Positions 18,150-29,400 of a DNA stretch of 49,673 nt are shown in pieces. The first letter of the stretch is position 1; each line of letters opens with the position of its first letter. This stretch comes from a virus (Duplodnaviria; Caudoviricetes). The notes under the pieces were generated by a model that saw only the letters and a list, made by a program, of their open reading frames with translations, was not told where the DNA came from and made no database searches. The stretch lies in the IMG/VR virus record IMGVR_UViG_3300005805_000128, positions 1 through 49,673 of that record; one strand, given 5' to 3'. Both the position numbers and the translations under genes were made by a program.

Positions 18150-18487
18150 ATCTAGCCGAACTGGAATCTAAAATATTTCTTCTAGGTTTTTGGAAAAACT
18201 ACGAAGAACTAGAGGAAAGTATATCAATACCAGAACTAGTAGCAATACTAGGAGCAAAAAACAAAGAAGATCACGAAAGTAGAAAATTCTTTGCTGCAAT
18301 ACAAGGTGTCGATATAGATAAGAATAACTCGTCCGAAGGTCAAGAGGCTTGGGAAAGAATAAAAGCCAAGGCTTTCAGCAAGGGCAAAACACAAGACCCT
18401 AATGATATAGTATCGCTAAGTGGAGCGGCTGCAAAAAGGGCTGGTTTTGGAATTGGTGAAGGTTTAGACTATGAGGTGATTGATTAG
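18110..18487 (+). CDS. -1 frameshift extension of the tail chaperone (gpGT-like; full product 17814-18487)
   Basis: C CCA AAC heptamer at 18110-18116. The -1 frame (…RTSGGSSWDELDLAELESKIFLLGFWKNYEELEES…GLDYEVID) is open to TAG 18485-18487, overlapping the tape-measure GTG. Missing from the ORF track. Confidence 0.85.
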   Translation, partial: PKRTSGGSSWDELDLAELESKIFLLGFWKNYEELEESISIPELVAILGAKNKEDHESRKFFAAIQGVDIDKNNSSEGQEAWERIKAKAFSKGKTQDPNDIVSLSGAAAKRAGFGIGEGLDYEVID

Positions 18488-21400
18488 TGGCAGAAATTAT
18501 TAAAACTAGTATTGACATTGATATTAATACTAGTGGTGCTGCTGCTGAACTTAGAAGATTACAGCAACAAATAAATGCTTTTAATCTTACCCTTAATAAA
18601 AATCAAAAAGTACAAGGTCAAGCATCTAAAGTATGGGCAGAGAGTCTTGCTGATGCTGTCAATCGCACTGGAATGTTTCGTGCTGAGATTGTCAGAATGC
18701 AAACTTCTGCCAATGCTCTTGATTCAACACTAAGAAAAGGTCAGGCCACTTTAGGTCAATTTTTTAGTGCTGCATTTAATAAAAGAAGTGCAATCGCTGC
18801 AGAGACATTTGCTCTTGCTTCAGAACGTGCACGTACAATGCAAACTCAGTTTATTGCAACTGGTAAGGCATCAAAAGGAATGCAAGATGCACTTGCAATA
18901 AGACCTTTAACAGCATTTTCCTCAGAACTTTCAATAGCATCTCAAAGAACACAAATTCTTGGATCTATGTTTAGACAAGGTACAACTCAATTAATTAATT
19001 TTGGTAAAAACGTACAATGGGCTGGCCGTCAATTAATGGTTGGTTTTACAGTTCCTTTAACTATATTTGGTGCAACTGCTGGCAGGGTATTTAGAGATTT
19101 AGAAATGCAAGCGGTAGCATTTAAAAAAGTATATGGAGATATATTTACAACTCCAATGGAATTACAAGAAAACTTAAAAGCAGTAGAAGGACTATCTAAA
19201 GAATTTACAAAATATGGTATAGCAGCAAAAGATACTATGTCATTAGCAGCACAGGCTGCAGCAGCAGGTAGAAGAAATGGTGAATTAACAGATGCAGTAA
19301 GAGAATCTACTAGACTAGCAACACTTGGTCAAATGGATCAAAACTCTGCACTTGAAACAACAATTGCACTACAAAGTGCTTTTAGACTTTCTGGACAACA
19401 ATTGTCAGACACAATTAATTACCTTAACATGGTTGAAAACCAAACTGTTGTAAGTTTACAAGATATAGCATCTGCTATTCCACGTGTAGCACCAGTTATT
19501 CAAGGTTTAGGTGGAGATGTAAAAGACTTAACAGTATTTTTAGCAGCAATGCAAGAAGGTGGAGTATCAGCAGAACAGGGTGCAAACGCCTTGAAGTCAG
19601 GTCTTGGATCTTTAATTAATCCAAGTAAGGAAGCAAGCAAACAACTTGGCGATTTAGGAATTAATATTAATGCAATAGTTCAACAAAATCAAGGCGACCT
19701 AATGGGTATTGTTACGGCTTTCTCTACAGCACTAGCCACCTTGGGTGAGTTCCAACAACAGCAAGTACTAGAAACTTTATTTGGAAAATATCAATACGCA
19801 AGACTTGGTGCTTTATTTGAAAATATTATTAGAGATGGATCTCAAGCACAACAAGTTATTGCAACCATGGGCTACTCAACAGAACAATTGGCAGCAAGTG
19901 CTGAAAAAGAATTAAAGGTAGTAGAGCAGGCATTTAGTGTTCAATTAATTGCAGCAATAGAAAGATTAAAATTAGCAATATCTCCTATAGGAGAACTATT
20001 TACTAAAATGGCTATTCCTATAGTTAACTTTTTAAGTAAAATAGTTGAATCTTTTAATAGACTACCAGAAGGTGCTAAGCATTTTGCAGCCTTGGCTACA
20101 GTTATTGTTGGTTTATTGATTCCAGCAGCAACAATGATGTTTGGTTTATTTGCAAACTTAATAGGAACTTTAGCAAAAATGGGTCAAAGCGTAACTATGC
20201 TTGGAGTAACTTTACTAAGAAAAGGTCCACTTGCAGCAATAAAATCTTTAACTGAGTCAGGTAAATATTTAAGTCTTTCAGAAATTGATGCAGCAAATGC
20301 AGCAAGACAATTAGGCAGTGCAACATCGTTTGCAAATGAAGCGTTACTTAGACAAGTTGGTAGTGCAAACAATGCAAAACTAGCCATAGATAACTTAACT
20401 CTTTCATATCAAAGATTAATTGCAGAACAAGTTGCAGCAAAAAATACTCAAGGTGCTTTCTTTGCTACTGGTGCTGCTGCAGGAGAATTAGCAAAAAATG
20501 CTCCAGCAAATAAAAGAATTTTACGTAGAAATAAAGGTGGAAAGGTATTCACATTAAATCAAGGAAGCATAGTTCCAGGTAGTGGAAATACAGATACGGT
20601 ACCAGCAATGCTTACCCCAGGAGAATTTGTAGTAAATAAGGAATCAACAAGAAACAATATGGGACTATTAAATGCCATCAATGCACAAAGATACAATAAG
20701 GGTGGCGGGGTAGCAAATGTAGGAAAAATGTTCTATGGAAATAAAACTCAACTTTCATTTGATGACTTTATTTTAAATAATGGATTAAACTTTTCTGGTG
20801 GAAGACATCAAGGGAATATAGATAAAACAAGTTATAAACAACTAAGAGTATTATTTGAACAATATACAAAATCTGGAATGGATGAAAAAAGAATATTAGA
20901 ATTAGGTAAAGCGGCTAGAAGTTTTCAAGACAGTCATCCAGAAAATAGGTTAAAGAGTAAGCATTTAATACAGATGGCAGTTAATTTAGGCTTAACTACC
21001 TCAGCAAAGAAAAATGATTTCTTTAAAGGTCAGGGACTATCAAAATTTAATGCTGCACATACTACTGCACCAAAAATTGCAATTGTTAAAAATTGGATGG
21101 GGTATAATTTTTCAAAAACTGGACTTCCAGTTCAAGAACTAACTAATAGCGTAATTAAACTTAGTGCTGATACTAATGGTTTGATGCGTGGTCAAGGTAT
21201 TCCAGCATCAAAATTACTTGCAGAGGTTCAAGAAAAGGGAATGGGTATTTTTGATTATCTTGATGCACAATTTGCACAATATGTAGATTTTGAAGCAGCA
21301 GATAGTGAAGTAGGAAGAAAAAAATATAAAGATGCTTACAAAAAAGCACTACCTAAAACATATAGCAATTTAGTTGAACAATTAAGAGGTCTTGGTGACA

Positions 21401-24400
21401 CCTTAATTACAGACAGTCCTAAAGCAAATACTGTACAGTTTGAATCATTATATAAAGAAGCAACAAAGCCATTTAGTACTGGAGTATTAAGTGATTTCTT
21501 AAAAGAAGTTAATTCATACTCAAATCAAAGAGCACCAAGAGTTCAAGATCTAGTAAACTTTTTTAGAGAAAATAAAGTTATGAAAGAATATGCAGTAAAC
21601 AATAATATAGATTTAGAAAAAATATTGAGTGGAGATGAAGGTGCTAAAGGTAAACAATTGTGGAGAATACTTTTAGCGGCTAACGGGCACGATGTTTCTA
21701 AACCAGAAGCAAGACAAGGATTCTGGAAAAAAATATTAACTAAAGATGGAAGAATTCAAAATTCAACAGTAGCAAAAGTTGGTGCTAGAAATAGATTAGC
21801 ATATTATGGAGCAAAAGTAAAAGAAATTGTTGAGGCAGTTAATAAAGGCAGTGGTACAAAAGTAGCCACCGCTAACAAAGGTGGAGTAGCAAAAGAAATT
21901 GCTCAATCAATGGGTCTTTATGCAGATGATGCATTAAAAGCATTTGGACTGCGTACACCAACACCTAGAAGCGGAGTTAAATCGGTATTTGGTAAAAATC
22001 CACGGATGGGCGATGTATTTAAGAATGAAAACTACTCTGATGGCATTTATTTAATTCATCCTGAAGGTGGACAACCATACGAAGCATGGCTATTTAATAA
22101 TAATGGAAGACTTAGAATGCAAAGAATGGGTTCATATAATACAGGCAGTGGATTAAATACTAGAACTAATCAATACGACTGGGTAGATGTAGATCCAGAT
22201 ATGAGAGCAAATGTTTATAATAAAAATGAATATGTAGGATCAAATGTATCTGGACCATTTAAATTAAAATTAAATAGAGGAAATATAGTTCCAGGTACTG
22301 GTAATACAGATACCGTTCCTGCAATGTTAACCCCAGGGGAATTCGTAGTAAATAAAGAAGCAACAAAAAATAACTTAGGTTTGTTACATTCTATTAATTC
22401 ACAAAAATTAAATGTTGGTGGAAAAGTTAAAGGAATGCAATATTTTGGAATAAATGAGCAACAAAGAGTTGTGCAACCTGGATCACCTTTTACTTTTGGT
22501 TCTGGTGTTGCTACATCCTCAACAGGCACAACTTCACAAATGGGTGGTGCAGTAAGTGGTGCACCTAGAGGATATGGTGCAGCAAGAAATGTTGCTGGAA
22601 TGATTGGTGGATCGCTACCTTTTATGTTTGGTGGAAATATGGGAATAATGCAATCTCTAGTTGCAAGTATGGTTGGTATGTCTGCAGCATCAAAAGCAAC
22701 TGGTATAGCAATGAAATTGTTAACAGGAAGAACAGTAAATATTGCAGACGAATTTAAAATAATTGGAAAAGTTGCTAAAGTTGTAGGACCAAGATTACTA
22801 GGAGCATTTGGTGCTGGTGGAGCAATATTAACATTAGTTAGCATTATGAATAAAACTGGAAAAGATGTTTCAGAATCTGGTAAACAATACGTAGAAGCAC
22901 TATATGGATCTTCAAATAAAATGTCTGAATTTGCTGCAACTTTTGGAAGAGAAAATGTTCAACAACAATTATCTAGAAGAAGAGCAGAGTTAGTTTCTGG
23001 TGCACCTATTTCACAAGAAGCAAAACAATTTAGTACACAATTTCTTCAAGGAGATGCTGGCAAACAAATGCTTGCCGATCTCCAAACAGTATCAAGAACT
23101 GGAGGTACACAGTCAAGAAACGATGCCATATTAAATCAATTGTTAAGAGGAGTAGTAACTCAATCAATTACTGCAGAAGAAGCAAGAGCAATTGCTATGG
23201 ACATAGGAACTCAATTAAATGATCAAAGTATAGGAATTAATGTTGCTGCAAAAATATCTAGGCTGGCTGGACCAAATGGAGAAGAATTGGCAGACAATAT
23301 ATTACAAATAAATTCCTTAATTAAACCTAAATTAGATCTTGCTGCTACAGAAAAAATAGTTGCAGACCAATGGTCAAAAACTAATATATTTCAAAAAATA
23401 TCAGCAAATCTTTTTGGCGGAGGTACTGAATCTTTATTTAATAAGACAATTGCTACTCAAGCACTTCAAACATTAGAAATTACTAAAGAACAAATAGATT
23501 TATTAAAATTAGAATTAGAAAAAGGAAATATTACTTACAGTGAGTTTATAACTAAAAAAACACAAATCACTTTAGATTCTGCAAAAGTAACACAAGATGC
23601 AATGACTGCTATTTCTGAAAAATTTATTAATGATACAGAAGGAATGAAAAATGCAGTAGACGAATTTAGAAATGAAGTAAAAACAAGTTTTGAAACAAAG
23701 TTAGAAAATTTTTCTCCAGAAGATGCTAAAAAAATAAGAGATTTTCAAGATAAAGTTTCTAGAGGTGGTGCTGCAACAACTCAAATACAAAGATATGGAG
23801 TTACTCAAACAGTTCCTACAGCACAAACAGAAAAAGGATTATTAGCAGAAACAAAACTACAAACTCTTGCTCCAGAGTTAAGTTTAGCATTATCAACATT
23901 AGAAAATGCAGACGTGGTATCAGAAAGAATTGGAGATTTATTTGCATTAGATCCAACAACACTTCTTACTATAGAAGAATATTTTACACTAGGTGGAGAT
24001 CTAGGAAATATACTTGGAAAATCTGTTCGTGAAATTAATAATTATCAACAAGCACTTGATAGACTATCCGCAGTTCCAGAAAAATTTAAAACAGATGTAG
24101 ATATAGCAACATTAATTGGAGATCCTAAAAAATTAGAATTGTTTACGGCTCAGGCAACTAATGCACAAAAGGCATTGGATTATCTATCAGACCAAAAAAA
24201 TATAACCAAAGAAGTTGCTATGAATGTTATAACAACTTATATGGGAGAGAATGCAACTGCTAAAAAATTATTAGAGCACTATTTATCAACTGGAAATAAG
24301 TTTGAAGATTTAGAGTTAGATGCAATTTTAACAATGAGTGTTGCAAACCCAGAGGTTGCATCTGCATTAGCACTTATAGAAAAGGCCAAGGGTGGAGAAA

Positions 24401-25875
24401 ATGTTGGTATGGCTGCAGTAATTGCAGCATATGATATTTTAGAAAAGGCAGGTAAAGATGCTGGTGCTGGAATAAAAGGTGCTGGCACTGGTGGAGGTGG
24501 TGGAGAAGATCCATTACAAAGAATTAAAGACCAAATTGCTAATACTAATACATTAATAGGAGCGTCACAAAAACTTATTGCCGCTGGATTAAGACCAGAA
24601 ATTGCTGCAACACTCAGTGCTGCAGAAGCAAAAGCCCTGCTTGCACAAAAGTCGGGTAGCCTAATTCAAAAAATGAATGAAGAAGCAGATAAGGCCAAGG
24701 TACTTGCAAATATATATAAAGACCCTAGACAAATGGGTATAGATATGTATAATAAACAAATAGAATTTATTGATAGAACAATTGATGCTGTTAATAGACA
24801 GATATCTACTATTAGAAGAAAGAATGAATTAGATCAAAGAGATATTGCCCTTAGACAAAGAGCATTAAATGAATTAAGTAAAAAAGAGGGCGAAGTAAAT
24901 AATCAATATGACAAGAGATTTGAATCATTAGATAGAGTATCTAAGATTAACGATAGAATTGCTCAACAAAATCAAGATAGAATTTCACTTGCTAGTGCAT
25001 TAACATCTGGTGATTTTGGAGCAGCAGCACAAGCCGCTGCTGGAATGACTGCAAACTTTGCTCAAACACAAATTGAAGATGCAAGGGCAGCACTAGAATT
25101 ACAACGTAAACAAGAAATCGAAGCATTGACTGTTTCTGTTAATGGTCAACTAATGACTAGGGAACAAATAGAATTAAGTATAGACGTAATAGAAGAAAGA
25201 ATGTATCAAAGAGACCAACAAATACTTGTATTACAAGATCAAATTTATTTAAAAGAAGAAGAAAAGTATTTATTACAACAAGAAGTTCAAACTCTTAATG
25301 ACGAAATTGCATTACAAACAGCACAACAAACTGTAGAAATGGGCAAACAAGTTGGAGTTGCTGAATCTTTAAGAAAGAAATTGATGGCTCAATATGAAAT
25401 TGCAAAAGCAATTGCTACAAAAAATTGGGGTGCAAAGTTTGAAACTGTAAATACTGGTGGCGAAATAATAAAGAAAGCATTTGGTGGAGTGATGTATCGT
25501 GGTTCTAAAGAAGCACCTCCAGCGTTAAAAATGGCTACAGGAAGTATTGTGCCAGGAATGGGTATAACAGACAAAGTTCCAGCACTACTAACCCCTGGAG
25601 AATTTGTAGTTAGAAAATCTGTTGCTCAAGCAAATATGCCTTTGTTACAAGCATTAAATGGAAACGTATTTCCTAATGTTGGATCTTTTGGAATGCCAGA
25701 AGCATCGGTAGGTTCTCCAAATAATGTTGTGTCTAATATATCTTCACCAGTGTATAATTATAGTGTAAACGTTAATGTACCTAATACTACATCATCTCCA
25801 AACGAAATTGCTGATGTTGTAATTAACAAGATTAGAATGACTCAAGGTAGAGAAATAAGAGGAAATAGATACTAA
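18487..25875 (+). CDS. Tape measure protein (2462 aa) with internal repeats and an inserted domain region
   Basis: Longest ORF, follows the chaperone. TP901-type core (FGKNVQWAGRQLMVGFTVPL...ENQTVVSLQD...GANALKSGL), hydrophobic segments and coiled-coil. Confidence 0.93.
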   Translation: MAEIIKTSIDIDINTSGAAAELRRLQQQINAFNLTLNKNQKVQGQASKVWAESLADAVNRTGMFRAEIVRMQTSANALDSTLRKGQATLGQFFSAAFNKRSAIAAETFALASERARTMQTQFIATGKASKGMQDALAIRPLTAFSSELSIASQRTQILGSMFRQGTTQLINFGKNVQWAGRQLMVGFTVPLTIFGATAGRVFRDLEMQAVAFKKVYGDIFTTPMELQENLKAVEGLSKEFTKYGIAAKDTMSLAAQAAAAGRRNGELTDAVRESTRLATLGQMDQNSALETTIALQSAFRLSGQQLSDTINYLNMVENQTVVSLQDIASAIPRVAPVIQGLGGDVKDLTVFLAAMQEGGVSAEQGANALKSGLGSLINPSKEASKQLGDLGININAIVQQNQGDLMGIVTAFSTALATLGEFQQQQVLETLFGKYQYARLGALFENIIRDGSQAQQVIATMGYSTEQLAASAEKELKVVEQAFSVQLIAAIERLKLAISPIGELFTKMAIPIVNFLSKIVESFNRLPEGAKHFAALATVIVGLLIPAATMMFGLFANLIGTLAKMGQSVTMLGVTLLRKGPLAAIKSLTESGKYLSLSEIDAANAARQLGSATSFANEALLRQVGSANNAKLAIDNLTLSYQRLIAEQVAAKNTQGAFFATGAAAGELAKNAPANKRILRRNKGGKVFTLNQGSIVPGSGNTDTVPAMLTPGEFVVNKESTRNNMGLLNAINAQRYNKGGGVANVGKMFYGNKTQLSFDDFILNNGLNFSGGRHQGNIDKTSYKQLRVLFEQYTKSGMDEKRILELGKAARSFQDSHPENRLKSKHLIQMAVNLGLTTSAKKNDFFKGQGLSKFNAAHTTAPKIAIVKNWMGYNFSKTGLPVQELTNSVIKLSADTNGLMRGQGIPASKLLAEVQEKGMGIFDYLDAQFAQYVDFEAADSEVGRKKYKDAYKKALPKTYSNLVEQLRGLGDTLITDSPKANTVQFESLYKEATKPFSTGVLSDFLKEVNSYSNQRAPRVQDLVNFFRENKVMKEYAVNNNIDLEKILSGDEGAKGKQLWRILLAANGHDVSKPEARQGFWKKILTKDGRIQNSTVAKVGARNRLAYYGAKVKEIVEAVNKGSGTKVATANKGGVAKEIAQSMGLYADDALKAFGLRTPTPRSGVKSVFGKNPRMGDVFKNENYSDGIYLIHPEGGQPYEAWLFNNNGRLRMQRMGSYNTGSGLNTRTNQYDWVDVDPDMRANVYNKNEYVGSNVSGPFKLKLNRGNIVPGTGNTDTVPAMLTPGEFVVNKEATKNNLGLLHSINSQKLNVGGKVKGMQYFGINEQQRVVQPGSPFTFGSGVATSSTGTTSQMGGAVSGAPRGYGAARNVAGMIGGSLPFMFGGNMGIMQSLVASMVGMSAASKATGIAMKLLTGRTVNIADEFKIIGKVAKVVGPRLLGAFGAGGAILTLVSIMNKTGKDVSESGKQYVEALYGSSNKMSEFAATFGRENVQQQLSRRRAELVSGAPISQEAKQFSTQFLQGDAGKQMLADLQTVSRTGGTQSRNDAILNQLLRGVVTQSITAEEARAIAMDIGTQLNDQSIGINVAAKISRLAGPNGEELADNILQINSLIKPKLDLAATEKIVADQWSKTNIFQKISANLFGGGTESLFNKTIATQALQTLEITKEQIDLLKLELEKGNITYSEFITKKTQITLDSAKVTQDAMTAISEKFINDTEGMKNAVDEFRNEVKTSFETKLENFSPEDAKKIRDFQDKVSRGGAATTQIQRYGVTQTVPTAQTEKGLLAETKLQTLAPELSLALSTLENADVVSERIGDLFALDPTTLLTIEEYFTLGGDLGNILGKSVREINNYQQALDRLSAVPEKFKTDVDIATLIGDPKKLELFTAQATNAQKALDYLSDQKNITKEVAMNVITTYMGENATAKKLLEHYLSTGNKFEDLELDAILTMSVANPEVASALALIEKAKGGENVGMAAVIAAYDILEKAGKDAGAGIKGAGTGGGGGEDPLQRIKDQIANTNTLIGASQKLIAAGLRPEIAATLSAAEAKALLAQKSGSLIQKMNEEADKAKVLANIYKDPRQMGIDMYNKQIEFIDRTIDAVNRQISTIRRKNELDQRDIALRQRALNELSKKEGEVNNQYDKRFESLDRVSKINDRIAQQNQDRISLASALTSGDFGAAAQAAAGMTANFAQTQIEDARAALELQRKQEIEALTVSVNGQLMTREQIELSIDVIEERMYQRDQQILVLQDQIYLKEEEKYLLQQEVQTLNDEIALQTAQQTVEMGKQVGVAESLRKKLMAQYEIAKAIATKNWGAKFETVNTGGEIIKKAFGGVMYRGSKEAPPALKMATGSIVPGMGITDKVPALLTPGEFVVRKSVAQANMPLLQALNGNVFPNVGSFGMPEASVGSPNNVVSNISSPVYNYSVNVNVPNTTSSPNEIADVVINKIRMTQGREIRGNRY
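20554..25662 (+). repeat. Three dispersed ~45-53 aa repeats in the tape measure (20554-20712, 22270-22428, 25531-25662)
   Basis: G.IVPG.G.TD.VPA.LTPGEFVV.K......LL...N in all three copies. Confidence 0.9.
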
Positions 25876-26465
25876 TGGCTACTTCAACATATATGCAAAA
25901 TAGATGGGCTTATACTAGGCCACAGGCTATTGCATGGTCTAATAATTCAGGAATAACAAGTGGTGGATTGGTTGTTCCAAATGGAACAGAGGGAACAGAT
26001 TTTATTATATTGTCAGACCATAACAGAAGTGAAATAGCGGTTGGATCACAAAGAATTGAAAATAGAAAAAGAATGATAAATGGCAACATGCGTTCATATC
26101 ATATTGCAGATAAGTTAACTGTTTCCTGGGACTGGGACATGTTACCATCAAGGTCGTATAGTGGAAATCCTAACTTTAATGCTAACGGAATACCAGCATC
26201 TGGATTAACTGAATATACTACTGACGGTGGTGCTGGAGGTGTTGATATAGTAAAGTGGTATGAAAGCAATCCAGGATCTTTTTATATGTTTATGTCATAT
26301 GATAGACATGATAAATTTGCAGGACAAGTAGATGAGTATGATCATTTACATCAATATAACGATGTTATAGAAGTTTATTTTTCTTCATTTAATTTTAATA
26401 TTATAAAACGTGGTGGATCAAATTTTGATTTTTGGAATATATCAGTATCAGTTGAGGAAGTTTAA
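25875..26465 (+). CDS. Distal tail protein-like minor tail protein
   Basis: Directly follows the tape measure. RMING.MRSY.IADK...SW and C-terminal W.ISVSVEEV. Confidence 0.7.
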   Translation: MATSTYMQNRWAYTRPQAIAWSNNSGITSGGLVVPNGTEGTDFIILSDHNRSEIAVGSQRIENRKRMINGNMRSYHIADKLTVSWDWDMLPSRSYSGNPNFNANGIPASGLTEYTTDGGAGGVDIVKWYESNPGSFYMFMSYDRHDKFAGQVDEYDHLHQYNDVIEVYFSSFNFNIIKRGGSNFDFWNISVSVEEV

Positions 26466-29400
26466 TGTTTGTAGATTCCGATTTAAAAAGTTATATAGAG
26501 ACTAAAAATACAATAAAAACAGAGTCATTAGTTATTGCAGAATGGAACTTGAATGATTTTGAAAATATACAAAATTATGGAAATTATAGATACCGTCCTA
26601 ATACTGCAACTATATATTCAACATTACCGTTATCATATGACCCACAGGACCTAGGAGACTATTATACAGAAGGAACAAAGTCTATAGTAGATTCTGAAAA
26701 TGTATTAGATGAAAATGATAACCCTATAGTATTTTCTACACCAGATGTTAATAGAGAATTATATTATGACCTAAGACAATGTTTTAATTCATTTAGACCT
26801 AGGTCGGGTATTAATAAACCATTGTTCTTTGATACTGGAAAATACGTTGATGAGTTAAGATCTGGAAGAAGACCTAGATATTATCTTGCTTCTAAAAATG
26901 ATACATTCAAATATTGGAATTCATTTAGAATAGAAGATGGAATTGAAAGGGGTATATCAAAAAGAACTGATCCAAATTCTATAGGATATGAAATAACAGA
27001 TACATGTCCATTTATTGTATATAAAGAAGATGTTGCTTCTAACAGAATAGTACTTAAAATGCAAACTAATCTTTCAGAAACACCATTATCTAATTTAAAA
27101 AATCAAGATGGTCAGGTTATAGTAGACCCACTGGGGGATAGAAATAAATCAAGTATTCCTAAAAGATGGTCTATTCAATATTTGGATAATGATAATAATT
27201 GGATAAATGCTATATCATTTGATGAAAACTCAGTAAGAAAAGACGGAACAGATATAGTAAAGTGGGATGGGTATGTAGAGTTATTTTACGGACTATCTAT
27301 TCCAGATAAATATATAGGTCAATTTTATTTTGTTGATATTTTAGATGATGCAACTCAACTTCCTGCGTATGGTACTGTCACAGGAGAATCATACATTATC
27401 AATGCATCTTTAACTAATGCTGGAGATTTAAAGGTGTGGGATGAAACAGATTATGAATGGAAAACTTATACAGTAGAATATAAGTTTCAATTACTAGAAG
27501 ATGATAACACTAAAAAAATAGGCACAATTAGATCATTAACTAACCCATTGTATTACATAGATGGTGGCAAGGTAATATTTAGAGACATAGTTTTCCTAAA
27601 GGGTCTTAGATTAAAAGTTGATACTATGTATGCACCAGATACCTCTTTTGACCTCATAGAGTTAAGTCCAAGGCTTACAGCAGATATATCAGACTATGTT
27701 TTAGGATTTGAAATTACAAAGAGTTTATTGAACGATAATGCTGGACTTCCAGTAGGGAACATATCAGTATCTAATGGTTCCATGACAATAATGAATCACG
27801 ACTTTGCCTTTAGTGATCAAAACCTAATGGAAAATAACCAGGGTAGTATTATATCCAATCTATTAAATCCTAATACAAGAATAGATTTTTATGAGATTGT
27901 TAAGAATGTAAACAACTATGACAAATATATACCTATAAAAAGTATGTATGTAGAAGAGTTTCCTAAAGGTGGCAGTGGTCTTATAGATGTTAACTTAACA
28001 CTTCGTGATTCATTTTTTAAGTTTGAAACACAGTCGTGCCCAGCACTATTTTTTCAAAATGTATCATTAACTTTTGCAGTAGCATCATTGTTAGATAATA
28101 TAGGTTTTAGCAATTACGTATTTAAAAATATTAGTGGCAAAACAGATCCAATCATTCCTTACTTTTTTGTTGAGCCAGAAGCAAACGTTGCGGGAGTATT
28201 ACAAAGACTTGCTACGGCAACTCAAACTGCAATGTTCTTTGATGAGTACAATAATTTTGTTGTTATGAGTAAAGAGTATTTATTACCTGATGCTGGAACT
28301 AGGGCCACAGATATGGTTATGCTTGGCCAACCAACCAACTCAGTATTGCCAAATGTTATTGAAATAAAAGATAGTCAAACTAAAGTTATTAACGATGGTA
28401 AGGTAAACTATATTACAAGGTATGTACAAAGGGCACCTATTTCATTAAAACAAGCAATCTATCTAGATGAAGATAGAACTTATGGGTATCAGCCAGTAGT
28501 GCTTTGGGAAGTTCCTTCTCAAACTAATTATAAAACTATAAATGAAAAAAGTAAAACTGGAACTTATACGTTAGGTGCAGTTGCACTAGGTTCTACAATA
28601 CCAGCAATTGATCCATATGTTGAAAATAATCAAATATTATATAACACAATAGATTTAGGAGAAAATGTATATTGGCTACCAAAATTACAAGGCTACTTAT
28701 ATGCTAATGGTGAAATAATAAAATACGATGCCATTCAATATACAATTCCAGGGATAGGAACTGAATGGATAACAGATGAAATAGAATATCAAGAATACTT
28801 CAGCAATCTACCATTTAATGGAAAGATGTACCCTACTGGATTAATAAGAATTTATTCAGAACCATATTATGAAGATGTAATAAATGCAAGTGCTACATAT
28901 ACAACTGTTTATAAAAATGGTGCTGTAAGAAAAAGTGGAAGAGCACAATTTGGAACTAAGTTAGTAGAGCACCCTGCTGGATTAAGATCTTATTGGTCGG
29001 ATGTTAATAATTTAGACGGATACAAAATGGATTCTAGTTATTTATTTACAACTACGCCTACGGAAAAAATTACTAGACCTCCACAAGGCACTGCAGGAGT
29101 TAAATCTTGGCAAGATGGAAAAGCCGTTGCTAAAACATCTGTAGTTAATGGTGTTATAGCAAACTTTCAAAGAGAAAACATACCATCAGACGATACGGTA
29201 AAAACATTAAAAGTTACATCAAAAGGAACAGTTCAATCTTCAGCATTAGTTTTTAATGGACCAGTAGGCACCATAAATAGAGATAATATTAGTCTAGTTA
29301 AAAAAACATTGGATTCAGACTATAAACATTTTGGAACAAGAATGAGGGTTATAGGAAGAAAAGAAGCCAATTCTACTACTCAAACAGCAACTAATGCTAG

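Noticed and set aside
18150-18486. Apparent intergenic gap as a possible ncRNA
   Set aside because: Fully explained by the -1 frame of the tail chaperone.
22215-22844. 209-aa antisense ORF inside the tape measure
   Set aside because: Mirror-frame shadow of a Gly/Ala-rich region with no recognisable motif. The other short antisense ORFs inside long genes were rejected for the same reason.
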